The notes beneath the pieces were generated by a model, which ran no database searches, was not told where the DNA came from, and saw only the letters and a list, made by a program, of their open reading frames with translations. From a virus: a stretch of DNA of 64,000 nt. Location: IMG/VR virus record IMGVR_UViG_3300037042_003533, positions 1 to 64,000 of that record. One strand, given 5' to 3'. Positions 1 to 8,022 of the stretch are shown here, piece by piece (within the stretch, counting starts at the first letter, position 1; the number at the start of each line of letters is the position of its first letter). The translations under genes and the position numbers were made by a program.

Positions 1-329
1 ATCTAGTGATTCACGCTTATCACTGATTCCCCTCCACGATGGGTACCCTCATAGCCCGATTTTGCTATATATGTAATTGGTAAGGTATTTACTGTGCTCC
101 AAGTAGGACTCTTGTGTGGCCTAGTTTTTGCACCTATAAATGAGCGTTATTTTGCAGTGATTATCTGCTCTCTATGATCTTCAAATTTGTAAATTTAAGT
201 TGAAATTAACTATGTGTTATTCCCAAAGATGACTTGCAAATTTGAGTATCCAAAGAGCAGATAATTTTTAAGGTACTTTGTGCTTATTCACTGCCACTAG
301 TTTACTAGTTTTTGACTAGTAGCCTAGTG

Positions 330-350
330 GTAGGGGATAAACTCCCCTAC
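330..350 (-). terminator. Hairpin downstream of the - strand ORF 358..615, possible terminator
   Basis: GTAGGGGA-taaac-TCCCCTAC, perfect 8-bp stem just after the stop; no clear U-tract. Confidence 0.45.
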
Positions 351-357
351 ATATTTG

Positions 358-615
358 TCAGTCTGACCACAGGCTGTTGTCCTTGCTGGCTGCGAACATC
401 AGGTTCTGTCGCTCGATTGCCAGTGTATTGAGCTTGGCATCACGGGCGGCTGTTTGTGGCTGGCTGCGAATGCTTGTTATTTCACGAGCGATTGCATCGA
501 TTTTATTGATAAGTTCTAATCCTGTAGCTGTTGCATTCTCGTTTGTATTGTTGCTGTTGTTGACCATCTTGCTTGTGTTGTGCTTGGCTGCAATTTGTCC
601 TATTAGAGTAGTCAT
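358..615 (-). CDS. Hypothetical protein, N-rich then coiled-coil
   Basis: AAGGAA RBS upstream, promoter-like TTGAAA/TATAGT at ~663-688 on - strand, hairpin after stop. Confidence 0.6.
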   Translation of the reverse strand: MTTLIGQIAAKHNTSKMVNNSNNTNENATATGLELINKIDAIAREITSIRSQPQTAARDAKLNTLAIERQNLMFAASKDNSLWSD

Positions 616-1405
616 TTTTAGTTTTCCTTGTTAGTTAGTGCTGCTTTCGGTTTGTTATGGATACTATATCACAGTTAATTAGATTTCAAACATGACTAGA
701 ACGGTCAGATTATATTTTGAGCATAGTTCGTAGGGTAAACGTAGGTTTGCGTTCTACGTTCTATATTTTTAGAACATCGCAGCCAGGGTTATTTTGGGCA
801 GTGTAGCAAGGCATAGATCAGACCATCATTATATAGGACTCTATTGGAGCATGTTACTGGCTGCGATCTATAGCCTTCTATATAGGTACATTCTAGGTTG
901 TTAGAATGTGCAATATAATAACCTAGTATAATTAGACAATAAAGATAGACAATAAAATCAGGGGATAATATAAACAAAGATTATTATAATAATAATTAAG
1001 ACATTATTTGTGTACTTTAATCGTAGACTATTTTAATCTAATTATATTAGTTCGTGTAGTCAAACATTGTGCCGGTATGGGCCCGCGCCTTATTTTATGA
1101 AAAATTTTGAAAAATTAGTAGGAATACCTTTTTCACCTGTCCCCCTCTCCAACCTCAAACTCCTATCCAAGTACACAAATTTAACACACTTTCCACCTCA
1201 TCCCTTTCCCTCCAACCCCCTCATAAAACTCCCTAAATCTCCCCAAATCTCCTCAATTCCACCGCCTTTCTCCTCAAAACACCCCCATTCTCATACTTGT
1301 ATAGGAGTTTCCCACCAAAACTTCCCGACCCAAATTACCCCCTAAAACCCCCACAATCCCCCTTCTATACAGCCTACTTGATCAGGAGTTTGCTCTTGTT
1401 CCCCA

Positions 1406-1434
1406 TTGACATATCTCCTATTCCATGTCATACT
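1406..1434 (+). promoter_or_regulatory. Sigma70-type promoter
   Basis: TTGACA-17bp-CATACT with extended -10 TG. Confidence 0.8.
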
Positions 1435-1442
1435 ATAACTAA

Positions 1443-1563
1443 GGAGAACTAACCAACACAGTAAGGCTGAGTACAGTTGAGAACTCAGTAAGCGGAGGTA
1501 GGGGAGTGTTAAGTGAGTTCTGGTCGCAACTCCCACTGTAAAGGTTTTGTTGGTTAGTTCTCT
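1443..1563 (+). ncRNA. Structured RNA or leader, three-way junction
   Basis: Perfect 15-bp closing stem 1444-1458/1548-1562, CAGT/ACTG helix, two internal 6-bp hairpins. Confidence 0.6.
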
Positions 1564-1590
1564 CGTTTCTATTAAAGGAGAGGATAAATA

Positions 1591-1794
1591 ATGTCAAACG
1601 AAATGATCGAGATAACCTGTGGGACATGTGCAAATTGTAAATACATGAAGTTATCCACCTACATCGATGCAGGGAAAATAACATTGAAGTGTGTTGTGCA
1701 GCAACCATATCGTATCATCTACGATGGAAGCCGCACCCGGACGGCTATTATGATAGCTAGTGGAACGATTTGTGCTCTGCATGATTTTGGATAA
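1591..1794 (+). CDS. Cys-rich hypothetical protein
   Basis: AAGGAGAGG RBS; CxxCxxC motif. Confidence 0.7.
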   Translation: MSNEMIEITCGTCANCKYMKLSTYIDAGKITLKCVVQQPYRIIYDGSRTRTAIMIASGTICALHDFG

Positions 1795-2424
1795 AGGATT
1801 ATAAATGAAAGTCTTAATCGCGTGTGAATTTTCGGGAATCGTTCGGGAGGCATTTCGAGCCAAGGGCCACGATGCCTATTCGTGTGACTTGCTTCCCACA
1901 GAAATCCCATCCCCCTACCATATTCAGGGAGATGTTCTCAGCATTCTTAATGACGGCTGGGATATGATGATTGCTTTCCCTCCCTGTACTCACTTAGCTG
2001 TGGGTGGGGCAGTTTGGTTCGAACAAAAACGTAAAGATGGCAGGCAGCAGGAAGGCATAGGCTTCTTCATGGAGTTTACGAAAACCTCTATACCATTGGT
2101 AGCTATTGAGAACCCTGTTGGGATCATGTCAACAAAATACCGGAAGCCTGACCAAATTATCCAACCCTATTGGTTTGGACACGAAGCTCAAAAGAGAACT
2201 TGTTTGTGGTTAACAGGTTTACCTAAGTTAGTCCCAACAAACATGGTAGATAGGGGAGAAATCTGGGTGACTAAAGGTGGTAAGAAGCGAGGAGGGGCTT
2301 GGACAATGTGTCTTACGCCGTCTCCAGATAGATGGAAGATTCGCTCCCGCACCTTCCCCGGAATCGCAGCAGCCATGGCGGATCAGTGGGGAGATTTGTG
2401 CTCTGCATGATTTTGGATAAAGGA
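1767..2424 (+). repeat. 32-bp perfect direct repeat flanking the methyltransferase gene
   Basis: GATTTGTGCTCTGCATGATTTTGGATAAAGGA at 1767-1798 and 2393-2424. Confidence 0.95.
1805..2410 (+). CDS. Phage DNA cytosine-C5 methyltransferase-like protein
   Basis: VLIACEFSG N-terminus, FPPC catalytic motif, IENP motif, RSRTFPGIAAAMADQW C-terminus. Confidence 0.85.
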   Translation: MKVLIACEFSGIVREAFRAKGHDAYSCDLLPTEIPSPYHIQGDVLSILNDGWDMMIAFPPCTHLAVGGAVWFEQKRKDGRQQEGIGFFMEFTKTSIPLVAIENPVGIMSTKYRKPDQIIQPYWFGHEAQKRTCLWLTGLPKLVPTNMVDRGEIWVTKGGKKRGGAWTMCLTPSPDRWKIRSRTFPGIAAAMADQWGDLCSA

Positions 2425-2431
2425 ATGAGAG

Positions 2432-2680
2432 ATGAAGATTACATGGAAGAAAATGTCCGACCCATACATATCCGGTGAATCGGCCTACGTTGGCAAGTGG
2501 CGTGTTGGGGATGTGTACTTTGATGGTATGAGACGCGCAGAGACGGCACCTTATACGTTTACATGCTTGTTGCCTGGTCTCAAGCAGAAGAATGTTGGAT
2601 ATGCTACGTTAGAAGATGCAAAAGGGCGGCTGAAAGATTATGTTGCTCATTGGTTTAAGCAGGCAGAGGAGAGTAAGTGA
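2432..2680 (+). CDS. Hypothetical protein, paralog of 63401..63676
   Basis: RBS; shared MK.W / G..VG.V / LPG / Y..E.AK / W pattern. Confidence 0.7.
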   Translation: MKITWKKMSDPYISGESAYVGKWRVGDVYFDGMRRAETAPYTFTCLLPGLKQKNVGYATLEDAKGRLKDYVAHWFKQAEESK

Positions 2681-2861
2681 TGGAAGAAAAAGGTTTCAAC
2701 TACTACCGTGACACATCCCCGGAGGAGTTTCTTGCTGACCTGCGTGCTATCCTGGTGGACGGTGATAACATGTGTCCAGTCAGGCTGATCGAAGAAGTTA
2801 ATTACATGACAAGCCAATTCATTGAGGCGCAGATAGCAGAGGAGGGGGAGGAAAAATAAGC

Positions 2862-3926
2862 ATGGAAAGCATTACATCATTCAAAGACCTGTCCACAATC
2901 ATCATCAGCTCTAGGGGTAATGCAACCTCAGTTGACTGGAATCAGTTTGGGCTGGTCAATGTTCAGCAACAGAAAGACCTGATACTCTTTAGCTATAAGA
3001 AAGAATGTCAATTCAAGAAACCAGAAGAGTGGAACTGGTTCGAGAAGGTCAGCCGGGGTCTAGTGATGAATACTCAGGGAGAGATTGTTGCCAGACCCTT
3101 TGACAAGTTCTGGAATTATGGAGAAGTCTTCCCTGAAGGTCAGCCTGTAGAAATTACTGAGAAGGTAGATGGCAGTCTGATTCTCATCTATCCCTACGAA
3201 GAGGGAATCAGAACATCTACACGAGGCAGCTTTACCTCTGACCAGGCTTTGTGGGCCGCTGAGTACATTAAGAAGCATCTAAATCTTGAGGGACTGATTG
3301 GAAAAGGGATTACCCTGCTGTGCGAAGCCATTTACCCAGAAAATCAAATTGTGGTGGATTACAAAGGAAAAGAGGATTTAGTTCTTCTAGGGGTAAGAGA
3401 TCGAGAAGGTGGGGGAGATTGGTGGTACAGTGCTGTTAAACAGTTGGCAGATAGTTATGGGATGAGCACACCAAAATCCTATGACATTGCAGACATCGAC
3501 TCCTGGTTGGAGCGAGCTAAGACACTGGGTAGTGATTATGAGGGGTGGGTGGTTCGTTACGATAACGGAACTAGGGTTAAGGTTAAGGGGGCTCTTTATT
3601 TAGAGTTACATAAGTGGATTAACCGTCTGACCCTTAAAGTGGTTGCAAAAGCCATGGTTGACGGCACTTATGCTGAACTGGAGGAAGGCTGTCCAGCATA
3701 TCTGCTTGAAACTTTACGATCCTTGAGGTGCACAATAGAAAGACAGTATGCTGAGATTTACACAGAAATTCTAGTGACTTATATAAAAGCTCCTACCAGA
3801 GGTAGCCGGAAAGATTTTGCGATTTGGGTTAATAGTAACTATCCCCAGATGGCTAAATACCTTTTTGCGTGTCATGACAAGAAGGAACTTTTTGGGATGA
3901 TTCTGAAACAAGAGTATGGTGTTTAA
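2862..3926 (+). CDS. T4 Rnl1-like RNA ligase
   Basis: SRGLV, ARPFDKFWN, adenylation motif EKVDGSL, EGWVV and KVK motifs. Confidence 0.9.
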   Translation: MESITSFKDLSTIIISSRGNATSVDWNQFGLVNVQQQKDLILFSYKKECQFKKPEEWNWFEKVSRGLVMNTQGEIVARPFDKFWNYGEVFPEGQPVEITEKVDGSLILIYPYEEGIRTSTRGSFTSDQALWAAEYIKKHLNLEGLIGKGITLLCEAIYPENQIVVDYKGKEDLVLLGVRDREGGGDWWYSAVKQLADSYGMSTPKSYDIADIDSWLERAKTLGSDYEGWVVRYDNGTRVKVKGALYLELHKWINRLTLKVVAKAMVDGTYAELEEGCPAYLLETLRSLRCTIERQYAEIYTEILVTYIKAPTRGSRKDFAIWVNSNYPQMAKYLFACHDKKELFGMILKQEYGV

Positions 3927-3928
3927 CT

Positions 3929-4357
3929 ATGTCCCAACACTCAAAAGACCTATCTGGCCGCACCTTCAACCGGCTAACTGTGCTCTACCGTGACTACAAT
4001 CAATCACCCTCCCACACTTACTGGCTATGCCAATGTTCCTGTGGGGAAACCAAATCAGTCAGGGCCAGTCACCTGCTGTCTGGAAACACCCAATCCTGTG
4101 GCTGTCTGGCTCAGGAGCAGTTTCAGAAGAACTCCAAGCACCTTCTGGTGGATATGAAGGGGGAGGTGATGAAGGGGTGGGAGGTGGTCAGGAAGGCAAC
4201 CGGGTACGAGAGAAGGAATGTGCTGGGGTTGAAGGCTTCTGTCAGGCAGGCAGTTTGGGTGTGTAAGTGTGGGATGTGTGGGAAGGAAAGGTTTTTTGGT
4301 GGGCAGGAGCTGAGAGAGGGTAGGGTGGGGACGTGTAAGCATAAGGAGGAGATGTGA
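3929..4357 (+). CDS. Homing-endonuclease-associated Cys-repeat protein without a recognisable nuclease domain
   Basis: DLSGRTFNRLTV..WLCQCSCG..L.SG.TQSCGC module plus a degenerate second copy. Confidence 0.7.
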   Translation: MSQHSKDLSGRTFNRLTVLYRDYNQSPSHTYWLCQCSCGETKSVRASHLLSGNTQSCGCLAQEQFQKNSKHLLVDMKGEVMKGWEVVRKATGYERRNVLGLKASVRQAVWVCKCGMCGKERFFGGQELREGRVGTCKHKEEM

Positions 4358-4472
4358 TGATGACTGCGATATTGGGTATAGGGTTGTTTGTGGTAGTTGT
4401 TGTTACTTGGTTTGTGATAGGAGTTTGGATTATAAAAGGGGCTATTGAGGCTCATAGATAAGGAGAAACAAT

Positions 4473-4799
4473 ATGTGCCAGGGTTGTGTAGACGATGGAT
4501 GTCTATCTCAAGAAACATATGACAAGATTGAAGCGTTTTTAGAGAAATATCCCCAAGCTTCTTGGGGGCCAGCTCATGTGGTATTGGAAGATGATAATAC
4601 CGATGATTATAATATCAAATGGAGTTTGGGATTAGCCAAGGCAGCACTATCCCATGATTCTAATGATCTGTTTCATCCGGAAGAAGATATTATCACTATG
4701 AACAAGATGGAATGGTATGAAGATGAAGACCCGAAAGAGTTGCAAGCTACAGTGGCGTTTTTAGAGGAGTTGTTGGAAATACCAGAGAATGTGAGGTAA
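4473..4799 (+). CDS. Acidic hypothetical protein
   Basis: AAGGAG RBS, MCxxC start. Confidence 0.7.
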   Translation: MCQGCVDDGCLSQETYDKIEAFLEKYPQASWGPAHVVLEDDNTDDYNIKWSLGLAKAALSHDSNDLFHPEEDIITMNKMEWYEDEDPKELQATVAFLEELLEIPENVR

Positions 4800-4800
4800 T

Positions 4801-5106
4801 GTGAACAACTACCCAGGACAAACAGAGGCAGAGAGACTAGGTTATACTTTATACGGAAGTGCAGGTGATCATTCATCTGCCACCTATTTCAAAGATCACC
4901 TTTTCTTAACAGTTACAAAGAATGCTGATAATAAATTCAAAGGGGCTCTTTGGACTAACATTGGATTGGTAGAACTTCGTATTGCAGAGGTCAGCTTCCC
5001 TAACAGCAATTTTCACATATTCGAGCGGGATATGAAGGCTATTTCAGAGGCGGGGGAAAGGGCTTACAACAATATCCGAACAGCTAAGTTGATGAATCAG
5101 TTCTAG
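4801..5106 (+). CDS. Hypothetical protein
   Basis: GAGGT RBS, abuts upstream gene. Confidence 0.65.
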   Translation: MNNYPGQTEAERLGYTLYGSAGDHSSATYFKDHLFLTVTKNADNKFKGALWTNIGLVELRIAEVSFPNSNFHIFERDMKAISEAGERAYNNIRTAKLMNQF

Positions 5107-5108
5107 GG

Positions 5109-5137
5109 TTGACACATTCCTAACGCTGTGGTATACT
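5109..5137 (+). promoter_or_regulatory. Consensus sigma70 promoter
   Basis: TTGACA-17bp-TATACT with extended -10 TG. Confidence 0.9.
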
Positions 5138-5146
5138 ATAAGTAGA

Positions 5147-5222
5147 AGAGAGTTAGTGTAACGGTAACATCCCATGAGTCGCGCGCGATAGTGGAAAGCA
5201 GGTTCAATTCCTGCACTCTCTT
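5147..5222 (+). ncRNA. tRNA-like element 1, enlarged non-canonical anticodon arm
   Basis: 7-bp acceptor AGAGAGT/ACTCTCT, D arm GTGT-AACGGTA-ACAT, T arm GCAGG-TTCAATT-CCTGC; no CCA. Confidence 0.75.
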
Positions 5223-5268
5223 TTAGAGGCAGAGAAACTATAAGTGAGATAGCCAATCAAGACCTTAT

Positions 5269-5337
5269 GGTGTGTATAGTTCAATGGATAGAATGGCCCT
5301 GGCTGGGCTCAATACAAGTTCGAATCTTGTTGCACCT
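5269..5337 (+). ncRNA. tRNA-like element 2, shortened anticodon arm
   Basis: D arm GTTC-AATGGATA-GAAT, T arm ACAAG-TTCGAAT-CTTGT, acceptor GGTGTG/TGCACC; no CCA. Confidence 0.7.
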
Positions 5338-5478
5338 GCCTCTTTTGAAAAGGAGTTTATATGTTCCGTAGACTAATCCCCAAACATTTAGGACAAACTT
5401 TGCTGTTAATCACGATCTTCATGGTACTCTATCTTAGTACCATGGTATGTTTTGTTTGTTTTGTGATAGGAGCTTAAC

Positions 5479-5682
5479 ATGCTATCAGAACCAGTTGTCT
5501 TCATAAAGTGTGATTTCTGCTCAGTTACCGAAGAAGTTACTTTAACGGCTCTGGCTCGTGGGGCTTATGACGAGCGAAATGTACGGTCAACACTAGAAGA
5601 GTGGGGCTGGACACTTTCTGACCTGAATGAGGATATGTGCCCGGACTGCTCGTTTGAGTGCTCAATAGGAGAAAGGGTTTGA
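5479..5682 (+). CDS. Small zinc-finger protein
   Basis: CDFC..GW..CPDC; AGGAG RBS. Confidence 0.7.
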   Translation: MLSEPVVFIKCDFCSVTEEVTLTALARGAYDERNVRSTLEEWGWTLSDLNEDMCPDCSFECSIGERV

Positions 5683-5683
5683 T

Positions 5684-6565
5684 ATGATCATAGCCTTTGA
5701 TGTAGATGATGTAATAGCAGACCTTGTTCCTGTTTGGCTTGCTAGGTATAATGTAGATTATGATGATCATCTTATAGCTAATGATATAACTCAGTGGGAT
5801 ATTTTCAGGTTTGTTAAGCCTGAGTGTGGTAAAAAGATTTATGAGTATCTTACTGCTGATTTATATAATGATGTGTTACCACTTCCAGGTTCCTTAGAAG
5901 CAGTACAACATGCCCGAAAGGTTGGTAAGGTTATTTTCGTTACTTCTTGTGTTTGTCTTCATGCCGGTCGTAAGTTTACTTGGCTAAACGATCATGGATT
6001 TGAAGTTACACAAGATTGTTATGTAGAATGTTCAGATAAGAGTCTTATTGCGGCAGACATTTTGATTGATGACCGTCCGGAGAACTTAGAAACGTTCAAA
6101 GGTACGTTCAAGTATTTAATTGATAAGCCTTGGAATCATGTAATCAATGGTGGCTGGAAGCGTATGTTTGGTCTGACCGATAAGTCTTGGGGCACCGAGT
6201 TAGCAGTGTGGCAAGGTTTCTTCAAAACACCAGGGACGACTCCGGAGGACATAGCGACTAAGGCTGTTAAGTATGACACCGGTAAGCCCCGTATGGAATT
6301 ACTCTCCTTTTTGGTTCTGATGGAAGTAGCAAAAGTGATGACCAATGGAGCAGTAAAGTATGCCGATCATAACTGGAGAAAAGGTTTTAATTGGACACGA
6401 CCCATCGGAGCTGCTTTGCGACATATTTCAAAATGGTTGATGGGTGAGGATTTCGACTCGGAGTGGAATCTTCCACATCTAGCTCATGCCATTTGCTGTT
6501 TGATGTTTACACTAGAACATCAGTTGCTTGAAATGGGTATAGATGATCGGTGGAAGAAAGAGTAA
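5684..6565 (+). CDS. 5'(3')-deoxyribonucleotidase (HAD) fused to dATP/dGTP diphosphohydrolase (DUF5664-like)
   Basis: FDVDDVIAD and LIDD HAD motifs; C-terminal KYDTGKPR..GAVKY..NWRKG..ALRH..D.E..LPHLAHA. Confidence 0.85.
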   Translation: MIIAFDVDDVIADLVPVWLARYNVDYDDHLIANDITQWDIFRFVKPECGKKIYEYLTADLYNDVLPLPGSLEAVQHARKVGKVIFVTSCVCLHAGRKFTWLNDHGFEVTQDCYVECSDKSLIAADILIDDRPENLETFKGTFKYLIDKPWNHVINGGWKRMFGLTDKSWGTELAVWQGFFKTPGTTPEDIATKAVKYDTGKPRMELLSFLVLMEVAKVMTNGAVKYADHNWRKGFNWTRPIGAALRHISKWLMGEDFDSEWNLPHLAHAICCLMFTLEHQLLEMGIDDRWKKE

Positions 6566-6962
6566 ATGATGGGATACATAGACACAGGTTGTGCCAAGGT
6601 ACAATGCAGTCAATGTCATGGAGTAAGTTATAAAGATATTACCCGACATACGCCTGGTGGGTTTAAGGAGTCTATCCGATTGTGTCTAACGTGTGGGCAC
6701 GAGAAGGTATTCAGTGTTATGATTACAAGCGACATTCAGCCTCCGCTTGTGTACGTATTTGAAGTACCCAAGCCAGTTGATGCAGAGGAGTTCTGATGAA
6801 ACAGCACTGGCTAAAAGATTACATACAGCATTGTATAAAAACACAATCAGACACACTTATGTATATGAGTGAGGTTTCTAAAGATTCTTATATTTACCAA
6901 GTAAACGAGGTGAAGTTTAACTTGGTAAATATATACATTCAGATATTATTGCATGTGCAGCT

Positions 6963-7253
6963 TTGGAGAAATCTATGAAACAATACCTTCCCGTCTTCGA
7001 AAAGAGCCAAGATCAGTTTGTGGTGTTAGATGACAATTTCAAGGGAGCTTCCAAAGAAGAAGCTGAGCACATAGGTCTGGGAGCATCTATTGTAGAATGT
7101 GTTCTGTGGGGAGCCCGATATACCTACAGGATCATGGAGATTGAAGAGAACTTCATCGGCCTCTCAGCAACCATTGATGGCATACCTATTGCTATCGTAG
7201 GGGGAGAGAACTACGAGCGCGAGGTACATGTACCCAAGGAGATGATGAATTGA
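6963..7253 (+). CDS. Hypothetical protein
   Basis: Tightly packed operon; start may be ATG 6975 after GGAG. Confidence 0.6.
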   Translation: MEKSMKQYLPVFEKSQDQFVVLDDNFKGASKEEAEHIGLGASIVECVLWGARYTYRIMEIEENFIGLSATIDGIPIAIVGGENYEREVHVPKEMMN

Positions 7254-7574
7254 CCCGTAAAAGTAAATCCCGTCTTGCCAAACTCCATCAAGAGATGATG
7301 GATAAACATAGCGAGCAGGTAATAGAAAACCTTCGCAAGAAGTATGGGAAGAAGTGGGCAGCTAAACGGAAAAAGTTAGAGAGAATCGCAACTGCCAGCA
7401 GGAAAAGGAATTTTAGATGACAGATCGCGAGACTTTCATCAGCCAAGTTGTCCAGCATAATCCCACTCTTCTTGTTCGTATTGCTCTGCTGGTGGTAGCA
7501 GAAATTGTCTGGTTAGCTTATGTCATTTCTAGTAAGTTGTTAAATTCGAAGCGGTTGTGATAGAATAGGTTTCC

Positions 7575-7778
7575 ATGGAAGATACACTCTTTCTTACTAC
7601 CCAAGAGGTAGCAGATTTACTGGGGGTCTCAACATCTCGAATTCGCCAGTTGATTTTAGCAGGTAAAATACCAGCGACTAGAATCGGCGACAGATACCGA
7701 GGCTATTGGAAAGTTGACCCAGAACGTGTAGCTATTTTTAAGTTGACCCGCAGAGGGCCAGGAAGACCCAGGCGCTGA
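7575..7778 (+). CDS. Excisionase-like HTH DNA-binding protein with GRP (AT-hook-like) tail
   Basis: LTTQEVADLLGVS..RIRQLI..GKIPA; RRGPGRPRR. Confidence 0.85.
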   Translation: MEDTLFLTTQEVADLLGVSTSRIRQLILAGKIPATRIGDRYRGYWKVDPERVAIFKLTRRGPGRPRR

Positions 7779-8014
7779 TGATCATCCGTTGCATGGTTTG
7801 TAACAGCCCCATCTTTGGCAACACCTGTTTATGCAAACAGCGGGTGGTACGTTGCCCTGATTGTGGTGGTGACGGCAGGCGGAAGAGCATTGAGCTGCTG
7901 GAAGACAACGAAGGCTTTATGGGTTACATCTTGAAGACCCAAAAAGGTCTGTGTCCCATCTGTCAAGGAGTGGGCCGGGTTTCGGTGATTTATCGGCGGT
8001 ATAACGGCGGTTGA
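7778..8014 (+). CDS. DnaJ-type zinc-finger protein
   Basis: CPDCGGDG and CPICQGVG. Confidence 0.7.
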   Translation: MIIRCMVCNSPIFGNTCLCKQRVVRCPDCGGDGRRKSIELLEDNEGFMGYILKTQKGLCPICQGVGRVSVIYRRYNGG

Positions 8015-8022
8015 GGTAAAAC

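Noticed and set aside
1067-1345. 92-aa Pro-rich ORF
   Set aside because: Composition follows from the C-rich skew; no RBS
5147-5337. Canonical tRNAs, YrlA RNA or theta ribozyme
   Set aside because: Anticodon arms are non-canonical; arm order is not permuted as in YrlA; no HDV-like core recognised
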